A DNA stretch of 60,885 nucleotides. Source: a virus. Lineage: Duplodnaviria; Caudoviricetes. Of this stretch, positions 49,992 through 58,643 are shown in pieces. Every line of letters starts with the position of its first letter. Position 1 is the first letter of the stretch. A model generated the notes under the pieces. It did not search any database and was not told the origin of the DNA. It was given only the letters and a program-made list of their open reading frames with translations. A program made the translations under genes and the position numbers. The stretch covers positions 1-60,885 of IMG/VR virus record IMGVR_UViG_3300029319_000040; one strand, 5' to 3'.

Positions 49992-50142
49992 GAAATAATT
50001 AATCGCTACACCAATCCCCGATTCTACTAATTCTTTTTTTGTTTCATAGATGTTTCAGAGAATAATCCTCTTTTTCTAAACACACTAAAGACGAATAAAA
50101 AGAATTCGTAAAAACGGTGGGCTGGTAGCCATTATTTATTTC
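49992..50142. repeat. ~150-bp imperfect palindrome B (inverted copy of 6998-7147)
   Basis: Left arm GAAATAATTAATCGCTAC...AATTCTTTTT... mirrors the right arm; inner arms match palindrome A. Confidence 0.85.
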
Positions 50143-51011
50143 TAGTCACCTCCGAATAAATCAAAATAATTAATCGCATCGCGAGCATCTAATCTTTCAA
50201 GAATAAACACATCACTCATCTTTAGTCTACGAGTAGCACCATTTATTCTTGATTCATTTATTTTTTCTTTCTTACGCTCTGTAAATATCAAAGCACTACC
50301 TAATATACAGGCATCTTCCATTGTGATAAAACAACCCATGAATGTCTTCATATCTACTGAACAAAACGTACCTTCTAAGTTGATTGTTGGCACTGGCTGA
50401 ACGAATAGATTAGACCAATCAAGACCTACATTTACTCTAGCAACGAAAGATAAAACAGGTTTCTTAGATTTAAAATATTGTCTTTGTGTGATAAGAACTT
50501 CATGATTGCCCTCTTTGTTGGGTATAGTTGCTTTGATACATATTCTCATACCTACTGATTCCTTTTCTTCATGAGGATATGGATTGGTAGTTATTGTAGC
50601 GTCGTAGCCTCTTTCTTGTATGGTCTGTATCAAACCTATCAACCATGCGTAATCTTCAAACTTCTCTTGAGTCACCGCTTTTATTTCTGTACTCACTGGC
50701 CCTCTCCATAATGTGACAAAACAACCCTCTGAACTTTGTACCAATTCAGTCAATAGTTCTGAAAAAGGAGTTTGTAAATCCATCATACTATCATAGACAT
50801 CACGCCGATACGGTGGCGGAGATGGATGACATAAAGCAACAACCAAATCATACACTGTTCTTCTATCAGTGATATGGCCCATGAGTCTATCGTCTTGATG
50901 CAACAAGGATAAGTCACAAGACATAAGATTGCCCAATCTACCAGTAGTAAAATACTGAACCTTGATGTCCCTAGTATCGATTACTAAAGGTGCTAGATTA
51001 TCTGTGTTCAT
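50142..51011 (-). CDS. Hypothetical protein
   Basis: 289-aa ORF ending at palindrome B. Confidence 0.8.
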   Translation of the reverse strand: MNTDNLAPLVIDTRDIKVQYFTTGRLGNLMSCDLSLLHQDDRLMGHITDRRTVYDLVVALCHPSPPPYRRDVYDSMMDLQTPFSELLTELVQSSEGCFVTLWRGPVSTEIKAVTQEKFEDYAWLIGLIQTIQERGYDATITTNPYPHEEKESVGMRICIKATIPNKEGNHEVLITQRQYFKSKKPVLSFVARVNVGLDWSNLFVQPVPTINLEGTFCSVDMKTFMGCFITMEDACILGSALIFTERKKEKINESRINGATRRLKMSDVFILERLDARDAINYFDLFGGD

Positions 51012-51013
51012 TC

Positions 51014-51304
51014 TTACAACCCCCTTTGCATGGCTTTGTACTCTTCTTTTGTGTAATGGTCTTCAACTTTAGGAACAAACATTTTGATAATGTAAATCCA
51101 ATGACGTACAAGTTCTAATTCCTTCGGATGCTCTTGTAAGTTTTGAGCCTTCTCTTGTAATACTCTTAGAACTCCTTTACGAAAAACACCACTTCTAATG
51201 ATTCCTGTATAACTAACAACCCAATCAAGTTCGCCACCAAAACCATTGTGTTTGTAGAATTCACTCGTCATTTTATCTGCTAATACTTCATACCATTCAC
51301 TCAT
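51014..51304 (-). CDS. Hypothetical protein
   Basis: 96 aa; bounded by 20-bp direct repeats. Confidence 0.75.
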   Translation of the reverse strand: MSEWYEVLADKMTSEFYKHNGFGGELDWVVSYTGIIRSGVFRKGVLRVLQEKAQNLQEHPKELELVRHWIYIIKMFVPKVEDHYTKEEYKAMQRGL

Positions 51305-51306
51305 TC

Positions 51307-51636
51307 TTACAACCCCCTTTCCTTCTTGATGTTTCTTAGAACTCTAGCAAATGCCTTCCACTTCTTGTTGTATTCTCTTGTAAATTGTGAATTGTTAGGC
51401 GGCTTGACTCCGACCCACGGAGCGATACCTAAGATAACATTCTCAAGCATCTTTATTTGATGTTGGTCATAATCATTAATCACCGATTCAAAAACACTAT
51501 CCTCCATTTTACAGTTAGGACATAATACATACCCTTCTTCATCGGGTAATGTGTCCTCTTTAGATGTAGCCTCAAATTTCTCAAAGCAACCTTCACAAGT
51601 CATTGTTATGCCCATCAGATAGTCACCCCCAACCAT
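51307..51636 (-). CDS. Zn-ribbon protein
   Basis: CEGC...CPNC. Confidence 0.75.
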   Translation of the reverse strand: MVGGDYLMGITMTCEGCFEKFEATSKEDTLPDEEGYVLCPNCKMEDSVFESVINDYDQHQIKMLENVILGIAPWVGVKPPNNSQFTREYNKKWKAFARVLRNIKKERGL

Positions 51637-51929
51637 TCTTCTGCCTCTTGTAAATCTTTGAGTCTGTAAGTCAATACTAGATTAGATTGCTTGTACACTG
51701 ACCCCTTTTCTATACCATGCCAGCCTCTCATTAGATTACCAATGGTTCTAACACTAGGTAGATTGAAACCGATAGAATGAATCTGTCTTTTTGAATTGTC
51801 CCTTCTTTGTGCAATTATACCAATTATTTCATCTGCTGAAATAAATTCAGTACCGTTGTCTGCTTCTTCTTTCAAGGCTCTAAGTATAGCCTTCCTCACT
51901 CTAATATGTTTTCTTTGTCGCTTACGCAT
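51615..51929 (-). CDS. Winged-helix protein
   Basis: ILRAL...SADEII...PSVRTIGNLM...TYRL. Confidence 0.65.
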   Translation of the reverse strand: MRKRQRKHIRVRKAILRALKEEADNGTEFISADEIIGIIAQRRDNSKRQIHSIGFNLPSVRTIGNLMRGWHGIEKGSVYKQSNLVLTYRLKDLQEAEEWLGVTI

Positions 51930-51969
51930 CTCTCATTCCTCCTTGTTAAATATACATTCGTGGTCAAGT

Positions 51970-52002
51970 ATATAGTACTTGTCATTAGCAGTAAGAGTGT
52001 GT
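51970..52002 (-). promoter_or_regulatory. 16-bp motif + TATA promoter
   Basis: AGCAGTAAGAGTGTGT at 51987-52002, ATATA 17 nt left. Confidence 0.8.
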
Positions 52003-52131
52003 CACTCTTCCTCATCGGGCCAACCGCAATAATCGCACCAAGCAGTAGGAGTATCATCGTAATCTCCTTCTATAACAAGAGTGCAATCGCACCTAGGACA
52101 ACTTCTATTTCTAGCATATCCCCAACCCATT

Positions 52132-52401
52132 TCATTCATCCTCCATTATTAGTTTCAACATCACTAAGTAACCAATCAAGTCATCTATGATGTCCATATC
52201 ACTCTCAATACTATCGTTACCTCTAGCCAATCGTGATAGTTTGTCATCGATGCGTACTCTAACTCCGGCTTGTGAATCTAACTTTGAGAACAAACGAATA
52301 GGATTGTTCACACTGTCTCCATACTGCTGATTCTTAGCAATCAACAATTGACCTATGCGAGTTAGTAAATTAGTTACTTTAGCAGCGAAAGGGTCACTCA
52401 T
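52132..52401 (-). CDS. Nucleotide-modification-associated (DUF1599-like) protein
   Basis: KNQQYGDS...RIDDKLSRL...DDLIGY signature. Confidence 0.75.
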   Translation of the reverse strand: MSDPFAAKVTNLLTRIGQLLIAKNQQYGDSVNNPIRLFSKLDSQAGVRVRIDDKLSRLARGNDSIESDMDIIDDLIGYLVMLKLIMEDE

Positions 52402-52907
52402 GCTATCGCCCCCTTCCACCATGAAGGGGCAGGTCGTCCCTTCTGCCACTTAGCAAACGTCTTGGAATGATAGTATGCTCGGTATGCTTTGACTGCATCT
52501 GCATCTTTGAACTCATCCGGCATAGCCTGAGCGAAGGGAGTCAATGGGCCTTCGGGAATCAAGTGAGCCATGTTAGATAGTATCTCGATACCATCAGCAC
52601 AAAAATGAGTCTTGTCGAATCTCTTGGTGTATTCTTCTGCTAATGCGGCGGCATGATAACAAGCCCAAATGAAATTGTCTCTTGAGTCACCACAAAAACG
52701 GGTCGCGGGATGATTGTGGTAGCCACCCTTGAGAGGCGTACCTTTCTTAGTAAGAGGCATCTGCTCTGGTGTAGCACCATGTCTGATGACGGCACTACCT
52801 AGTTGCTGGTAAAGTTCTACAACCATCTTAGGTACGTGCTTGTCGCAATACATTTTGGCCGATACAATCGGGTCTTCATCTAGTACAAATATGTTCATCT
52901 CATTCAT
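52398..52907 (-). CDS. Pyrimidine-dimer DNA glycosylase / endonuclease V-like protein
   Basis: MNIFVLDEDP..SA...CDKHVPKM..E..Q, NHP, AQAMPD, AYRAYY. Confidence 0.82.
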   Translation of the reverse strand: MNEMNIFVLDEDPIVSAKMYCDKHVPKMVVELYQQLGSAVIRHGATPEQMPLTKKGTPLKGGYHNHPATRFCGDSRDNFIWACYHAAALAEEYTKRFDKTHFCADGIEILSNMAHLIPEGPLTPFAQAMPDEFKDADAVKAYRAYYHSKTFAKWQKGRPAPSWWKGAIA

Positions 52908-53277
52908 CCTCCTTGGTGCGGTCAGAGGTGGCTAGTGCCTCCCCCGACAACGATTCTGCTACTTGACTGTTGGATATAAATGTTTCTGTATTTACTATAT
53001 CCCAAACTTTTCTAGTAACTTTACCTTCTCCAGTGTAACTAAAAACTCTCACTGTTTCATTAGAATGAAATCTAGGGTCACGCTTTAGAACAGTGGTCAA
53101 TGATATAGGTGAACACGGAGAAATCTTTGGCATAGAACCATCTACATTTCTAACTGAGGTGTATAACTCATGAGCAGTAGCCGGTCCATAATCACGAATG
53201 TAATCATAACATCGGTCACGATAATTACTGTACTTGATAGCAAAGCCACCATACTTTTTTTCTGCTCTACCCATCAT
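52900..53277 (-). CDS. Winged-helix protein
   Basis: YIRDYGPATAHEL...SPISLTTVLKRDPRF...WDIV. Confidence 0.7.
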   Translation of the reverse strand: MMGRAEKKYGGFAIKYSNYRDRCYDYIRDYGPATAHELYTSVRNVDGSMPKISPCSPISLTTVLKRDPRFHSNETVRVFSYTGEGKVTRKVWDIVNTETFISNSQVAESLSGEALATSDRTKEDE

Positions 53278-53519
53278 TCTTCCTCCAGCATGGTTTTGTA
53301 CTCTTCTTCTCCTTCATTTTCCATAGCCACAATCAATTGTTTCATTTCATAAACTCTTTTGGTTCTACTCCAAAGTTTGTAGGCATTATCGCTCATCTTT
53401 TCTAATTCCTCAAGAGTATATCTATTCAAAATTCTGCTGGGCATCCTTTCTTTCATATAATAAACTAAGTCGTCTATCCATTCCCATTCAATCGGTTTCA
53501 TTCCTAACATATCATTCAC
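53274..53519 (-). CDS. Hypothetical protein
   Basis: Coupled small ORF. Confidence 0.7.
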   Translation of the reverse strand: MNDMLGMKPIEWEWIDDLVYYMKERMPSRILNRYTLEELEKMSDNAYKLWSRTKRVYEMKQLIVAMENEGEEEYKTMLEEE

Positions 53520-53820
53520 TCTCCTTGGTATTTATCCATTCTTGGTAATGCTTATAGTCTTTTTCATCAACAGTAAGAGTGTGTACATCTCGATAGTTTG
53601 CTCTGTGAACCCCGATGTCATATTCTACATCTACTGAATACAAAAACTCCCTGATTGTTTTATCGTCTATCTTATTACTTTGTAAAAGTTCATCAAGAAC
53701 ACAAACTATAACCCTTCTATCTGCATCGCTACCGTTCATAGCAGTATCAAGTATCTTAGAGAACTTGTTGAATCTAAGACTTTTCATCTTGATTAAGTGT
53801 GCATACTCTACTTCATCCAT
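53512..53820 (-). CDS. Hypothetical protein (motif copy 53569-53584 encodes HTLTVD)
   Basis: 102-aa ORF. Confidence 0.75.
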   Translation of the reverse strand: MDEVEYAHLIKMKSLRFNKFSKILDTAMNGSDADRRVIVCVLDELLQSNKIDDKTIREFLYSVDVEYDIGVHRANYRDVHTLTVDEKDYKHYQEWINTKESE

Positions 53821-54039
53821 TCAGTCCATCTCCTGTACTATCTCTTCAATCCACTCTAACTGCTTATCTACATCAGCATGATATATTCTCTGATAGAACT
53901 CAAAGAAGTCATGTACAGTATTCTCTCCGAACTCATGAATCATGTATTCGATGTTTTCTCGGTCCATCTTTGTTACATCAACTGCAACATGAACTGCAAG
54001 TGCTTTCATTTCGTGATAACTCATTCTATCGCCTCCCAT
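53821..54039 (-). CDS. Hypothetical protein
   Basis: Coupled small ORF. Confidence 0.7.
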   Translation of the reverse strand: MGGDRMSYHEMKALAVHVAVDVTKMDRENIEYMIHEFGENTVHDFFEFYQRIYHADVDKQLEWIEEIVQEMD

Positions 54040-54156
54040 GTGAGGTCAAGTCCTTGCTCGACTATCGCCTTCGCTATAAGATATTGCTCATAAGTTATAC
54101 TCTTTCCAGAACGATGTAAGTTCAATCCGTAAAACACAGTTTCGCTCATACTCATT

Positions 54157-54705
54157 CTACCACAACCATCCTAAGAATCTTCTGATTAGACCAACCTTTC
54201 TATGTAGGAGTGAATGATGTTCAGCAGTAATTGAGTCAAAACAGGCTTGTAGTTCTTCTAGTTGATTTTCTAGTGCTTCGACTCTATCTTCTAAGTCATC
54301 GTACTCTAAACCTTCTTTGATAATATCATAATCAATGTGGTCATCAATATCAAAATTATTCCACGCGGACTCGATAATACAATCTTCGATGTTGTATCTG
54401 ATGGTATCATAGTCTAAGTGGTCATTGACTTGTTCAAGAATGTCATCCTCAATGTTATATCTAATATCATTAGCATCGATGTAATCAATAACATCAATGT
54501 AATCGGACAAATCCATGTTACCCATAAAGTTCTCAATGATAGGCTCTACCTCGGTTTCTAAATCACATTCAATATACTCCCCGAAATTAGTATTCTCAAG
54601 ATGGCAGTCTACTGCTTTCTGAACCCATTCGGTATTAACCTCATCTATCACTCCTTCAATTATCGTTCTTTCGTTTATGTCTATTTCTATCTTCATTTCA
54701 ATCAC
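54157..54705 (-). CDS. Highly acidic repeat protein
   Basis: Repeated (D/H)(L/I)DY / IRYNIED units, coiled coil, basic amphipathic C-terminus. Confidence 0.8.
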   Translation of the reverse strand: MIEMKIEIDINERTIIEGVIDEVNTEWVQKAVDCHLENTNFGEYIECDLETEVEPIIENFMGNMDLSDYIDVIDYIDANDIRYNIEDDILEQVNDHLDYDTIRYNIEDCIIESAWNNFDIDDHIDYDIIKEGLEYDDLEDRVEALENQLEELQACFDSITAEHHSLLHRKVGLIRRFLGWLW

Positions 54706-54708
54706 TCC

Positions 54709-54954
54709 TTATTCTTCCTCACTACTGCTCGGACAATTAGAACTACCAGTCTCAGGTATATAACTGTTGTCGTCAGCAGTAAGAGTGTGTTCGTCTTCTT
54801 TCTTGTTCAGGTGGATATGTGGAATCATTACATCTCTAATACATCTCATACAGACATAATCTCCACCAAAGACTAATGTTAGGACATTACCTTCGCCACA
54901 AAGACAACATGAATGATATTGTAATCCAGTTTCCATTATTCTTCCTCCCCCCAA
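54709..54954 (-). CDS. Zn-finger protein (motif copy 54775-54790 encodes HTLTAD)
   Basis: CCLC...CMRC. Confidence 0.7.
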   Translation of the reverse strand: MGGGRIMETGLQYHSCCLCGEGNVLTLVFGGDYVCMRCIRDVMIPHIHLNKKEDEHTLTADDNSYIPETGSSNCPSSSEEE

Positions 54955-55322
54955 TTATTTTCAGCGTTGTAATTATAATCCTTCTTGTGGCAGAACCAAA
55001 CCGTACAACCTGTATTGTGTATTTTAGCGTAACAAACAATACTCGACCTGTAATTGAAATAATCCTGATATTGTCCTAAAGTGTTACATAGATTGTCTGT
55101 GAAAGATTTTAGCGAACCAAACTTTATGTGTGGAGAAGGTATATCCAGTGAATTATAAGCACCAAATATAGCCCTAAAGTATTTTACATCACTAGGATGA
55201 CTAGCATCACGTTTAGCCTTCCGTACCAATTTCATGACATCATCCGCATTATCAAACGGACCTTGCCAATCGCTGTCTTCTACATCATCCCAATCTAATG
55301 TGTATGTTATTTTCTGTTTCAT
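54936..55322 (-). CDS. Hypothetical protein
   Basis: 128-aa coupled ORF. Confidence 0.75.
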   Translation of the reverse strand: MKQKITYTLDWDDVEDSDWQGPFDNADDVMKLVRKAKRDASHPSDVKYFRAIFGAYNSLDIPSPHIKFGSLKSFTDNLCNTLGQYQDYFNYRSSIVCYAKIHNTGCTVWFCHKKDYNYNAENNWGEEE

Positions 55323-55687
55323 TATTCTTCACTCTCCCTGTTTGTTCTCATTTCCCATTTCTTCTTAGGTGTAATCAATTTTCTAAAGTAGCATCCTTCA
55401 TGAGTATCTATGTGGCCCAATGAATCAAGCCACCGTACGATTTCTACATCTAAGTTACTTGTGCCGTCATAGTCGTATAGCAATCCGTTCTCATTAAGAT
55501 ATAGTCCTCCATCACCATAGAATTCATCTCCACTTGTTTCCTTATCATAGATTTCAAATCCACCTCGGCCCTTTTCTTCATTGACCCATGCTTTAATTTT
55601 CATGGTTGTTTCTACTCTAGGAGTAGCACCCCATGAGCCTTCATAACAAACAAAGCAAACTACTTCTGTATCTAAACGCTCGGTCAT
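55322..55687 (-). CDS. Hypothetical protein
   Basis: 121-aa coupled ORF. Confidence 0.75.
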   Translation of the reverse strand: MTERLDTEVVCFVCYEGSWGATPRVETTMKIKAWVNEEKGRGGFEIYDKETSGDEFYGDGGLYLNENGLLYDYDGTSNLDVEIVRWLDSLGHIDTHEGCYFRKLITPKKKWEMRTNRESEE

Positions 55688-55938
55688 TCTTGTTCACCTT
55701 CCTTGAAAACTGCTTCAACATCGGGGGCATATTCTACAACCCATTCTTTGTATTTTCTTAGACTTTTGATTTCCTCTAATAACTCTAGGTTGTGTTCTTT
55801 GTGGATTCGTAAGTGTTGTTCAAGATTGCATATATCATTCTCATACCTTGTCATTTCCAAATGATAAATCTTTACAACATCATTAACGGCATCTTTTATT
55901 CTCTTCGCGCTTCTATCTATTTCTTCTACGTTTCTCAT
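55684..55938 (-). CDS. Hypothetical coiled-coil protein
   Basis: 84-aa coupled ORF. Confidence 0.7.
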   Translation of the reverse strand: MRNVEEIDRSAKRIKDAVNDVVKIYHLEMTRYENDICNLEQHLRIHKEHNLELLEEIKSLRKYKEWVVEYAPDVEAVFKEGEQE

Positions 55939-56135
55939 TCTATCATCTCCCTTATTTTAATCATTTGGACTCTATTGTGAATATGAGTTTCCTCTTTCAT
56001 TTCATCCCAATATCCAGAGGACAAAATGTTCACAATCCAATCAGCCATTTCACCGATTGAAGCATTAACTACTAAGTCCTTGTAAATATCAATCCATTCT
56101 TCATGCTTGTTTATTATCTCTTGTACTCTTGTCAT
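55935..56135 (-). CDS. Hypothetical protein
   Basis: 66 aa, downstream of motif copy 56192-56207. Confidence 0.7.
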   Translation of the reverse strand: MTRVQEIINKHEEWIDIYKDLVVNASIGEMADWIVNILSSGYWDEMKEETHIHNRVQMIKIREMIE

Positions 56136-56213
56136 TCAATCATCTCCTTCTTATCTAACGATTCTCCCTCAAGTATATGAATCTTCTGATTAGCAGTAAG
56201 AGTGTGCTAATCA

Positions 56214-57251
56214 TTATTCTTCCTCCTTCTTATCTTCTTCTTTGAAACCGAACACATCAGGCATCAGTAGTTCACAAGCCCTTTGAGCCTTTGAAGCAGA
56301 ACTGTTGATGAACTTAGCACCACCATCCTTAGCCTCTTTGATAGCCTTTAGCCAACTTTGAAGATATGATGCTGAATTTTCTAGTCCTTCCTCAAGAGCC
56401 TTCCCTTCGATTCCAGCACCCATACAGAGCATAGCCGCACCCATCTCAGCAACCAGTTCTTCTCTAGCATAATCCTCGCCTCCAAACATTCCACTCAAGT
56501 CCCTATCTAATCTTGAAGCATGACCAGTCCAATGAACTGCCTCATGGAAAGCAGTACCAACTCGACCTTCTGCCGTCTTGAATAAATCTCTGTTGGGGAG
56601 ATGGATATAATCTTGACTAGGTGAATAGTATGCTCTACCCTGCTTTGATTCTCTAAAGTCGATTTCCAAATCCTCTACCATTTTATCGAATATCCTTTCA
56701 GCATCAATGATAGCCATTTCCTTTTTCTTCTTCTCTTCCTTCTTGGTCATCTTAGGCTTCTCAATCGGTGGCAGACCTGTTTCTGCTCTGTTGAATACTA
56801 AGAAATACTTAGGATGGAATGAGTGTCTAACTCTTTCTTCTCCAGTCACCTCATCTTCTTCAATCCACCTAGACTTCTTCCAATAGACAACGGGATGAGA
56901 CTTAGCACCTTTCTGAACTCCAAAGTATTCGTCGGAACCGATAGATTTAGCGTGTTGTTCTCCCTTCTTCTTCCAGATATTGTAAGTACCCCACTGATTA
57001 TCGACATAATTATTTTCATCCCGAACTATACTTAGATACCAGACATTAGTGCCTCGATATGATTTACCAGTAGATGCTGAAACAGGTAGGTCTGTACCAA
57101 ACATTCCGAATGATTGACCACCCTTCCAAGGTTTGTTCCAAGGTCGGACTCCCTTCTCCAGATTTTCGATTATCTTTGATGCTACTTTCTTATGAACATC
57201 TAAAGCCTTCTGTCTTGCATTTCCTTTCTTCTTTGTTTTCGTTCTAGCCAT
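56214..57251 (-). CDS. ardC: ArdC-like antirestriction protein (ssDNA-binding + zincin-like domain)
   Basis: PWNKPW, TGKSYRGTN, WGTY, VFN, AYYSPSQDYIHLP, HEAVHWTGH..RLDR, YAREELVAE, SASYLQSW. Confidence 0.9.
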   Translation of the reverse strand: MARTKTKKKGNARQKALDVHKKVASKIIENLEKGVRPWNKPWKGGQSFGMFGTDLPVSASTGKSYRGTNVWYLSIVRDENNYVDNQWGTYNIWKKKGEQHAKSIGSDEYFGVQKGAKSHPVVYWKKSRWIEEDEVTGEERVRHSFHPKYFLVFNRAETGLPPIEKPKMTKKEEKKKKEMAIIDAERIFDKMVEDLEIDFRESKQGRAYYSPSQDYIHLPNRDLFKTAEGRVGTAFHEAVHWTGHASRLDRDLSGMFGGEDYAREELVAEMGAAMLCMGAGIEGKALEEGLENSASYLQSWLKAIKEAKDGGAKFINSSASKAQRACELLMPDVFGFKEEDKKEEE

Positions 57252-57296
57252 ATTAGTTGCCTCCTTCTGTTGTTATTTTACCATTCGTGGTATCGT

Positions 57297-57329
57297 TTAT
57301 AGTCTCTTCGGTCTGCACTAAGAGTGTGT
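57297..57329 (-). promoter_or_regulatory. 16-bp motif + TATA promoter of ardC
   Basis: TGCACTAAGAGTGTGT at 57314-57329, TTATA 17 nt left. Confidence 0.75.
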
Positions 57330-57587
57330 TCATTCTACCACCTGCCCTCTCTTGATAATTTCTGACTGTGTGATTGTGAAATCTCCCAATCTATCAGAGT
57401 GTCCACTAACTTGATAACCCTGAGATAACATACGCTCTGCTGATTTTCTCCAATATCCTTTTCCATCATCGGAAAAAGAATAACCCGGAATGAACTTTCT
57501 ATCTTGAAATACATAGTCTAAAGCCCCCTTCCTAGTAGTGAAAACCAAAGCACCATAATTGGCATCAGTTACAACATAAACACTCAT
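57330..57587 (-). CDS. Hypothetical protein
   Basis: 85-aa ORF with GAGGTG RBS. Confidence 0.7.
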   Translation of the reverse strand: MSVYVVTDANYGALVFTTRKGALDYVFQDRKFIPGYSFSDDGKGYWRKSAERMLSQGYQVSGHSDRLGDFTITQSEIIKRGQVVE

Positions 57588-57654
57588 GCTAACACCTCTT
57601 CACCATCTTCAACAAGTTCTTGAATAATCTTAAGCATTTCATCAGATATATCAC

Positions 57655-57918
57655 TCATTCTTCCTCGCCTCCAAACTTAATCCTTATGTGTTCTTCAACA
57701 GATATATTTTCATCTCCATGAACCATCATCATGTATTCTCTGAAACCGGATGGGTCATAAAATGCCATTTCATTACAATGTGCTATTTCATCAAACCTCT
57801 GTGCCTTTATCGTTCTACAATCTGCACAAATATGTCTTTCCTCGGCAGTAGTCGGCATCTTCTCATAGAACAATATTGGTTGTCCACATTCTGTACAAGT
57901 ATATGGTGTTCTTCTCAT
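57655..57918 (-). CDS. Zn-finger protein
   Basis: CTECG...CADC. Confidence 0.75.
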   Translation of the reverse strand: MRRTPYTCTECGQPILFYEKMPTTAEERHICADCRTIKAQRFDEIAHCNEMAFYDPSGFREYMMMVHGDENISVEEHIRIKFGGEEE

Positions 57919-57919
57919 C

Positions 57920-58147
57920 TTAGTTGCCTCCTGTGACTTGGATTATCTCTCCTTCAAACGGATTGTCAATCTTCTCATCTCTACCCTTTCCAGTTATCAA
58001 GTTGAAGTTACAAAGCATCCAGACAATTCCAGCAGAAGTATAACCTTGCTTGGCAAGTTTGATTATCTTCTCTGTCATTATCTTGTCTGCTTCATCCTCA
58101 ATTTCATTTTTCATTTGTTCTAGTTCTTTCATTGTTATCTCCATCAT
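57920..58147 (-). CDS. Hypothetical protein
   Basis: 75-aa ORF. Confidence 0.7.
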   Translation of the reverse strand: MMEITMKELEQMKNEIEDEADKIMTEKIIKLAKQGYTSAGIVWMLCNFNLITGKGRDEKIDNPFEGEIIQVTGGN

Positions 58148-58500
58148 ACCAACTCCTTCTTGTTATTTACCGATTCTCGCTCAACTATATTAATATTGTC
58201 ATCAGCAGTAAAAGTGTGTTCCGAATATCTCCTTTCGATTTTCTGAATCAATCTCTTTCTTGAATCTGATATTTCTAAGTCTGCACCATTCCAACCATTG
58301 ATTCCTTTGCATTCTCCATATGAAACCCACATTGTATATCCACCAAACAATCCATCAGAATACCAACCTCTATTTTGTAGTAGATGTCTTTTTTCTTGAC
58401 TGTCTGTGTAAATCCACAGATTTCCTTTGCCATATCTATTTTTACCTGCATTTTCCAAACTCATTCTGATTGCCTCCTTGCTACATCTGAAACTATACAT
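58144..58500 (-). CDS. Hypothetical protein (motif copy 58204-58219 encodes HTFTAD)
   Basis: 118-aa ORF. Confidence 0.7.
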   Translation of the reverse strand: MYSFRCSKEAIRMSLENAGKNRYGKGNLWIYTDSQEKRHLLQNRGWYSDGLFGGYTMWVSYGECKGINGWNGADLEISDSRKRLIQKIERRYSEHTFTADDNINIVERESVNNKKELV

Positions 58501-58643
58501 CTGATTTGAGCATCATCAAACTCGCCTCTTTGGTGCATTTTATCTATTGTCCGAATCAAGTCGTAAGCCACATCTCTATCTCCTTCAAGACATTCTGTTA
58601 GTATTCTAGCCAATCTATTATAGTTCATTTCATCATTATCCAT
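58461..58643 (-). CDS. Hypothetical protein
   Basis: 60-aa coupled ORF. Confidence 0.65.
   Translation of the reverse strand: MDNDEMNYNRLARILTECLEGDRDVAYDLIRTIDKMHQRGEFDDAQIRCIVSDVARRQSE

Noticed and set aside
50142-51011. LAGLIDADG-like helix (YAWLIGLI) suggesting a homing endonuclease or recombinase next to palindrome B
   Set aside because: Acidic catalytic residue absent and resemblance too short; left as hypothetical pending a profile search.
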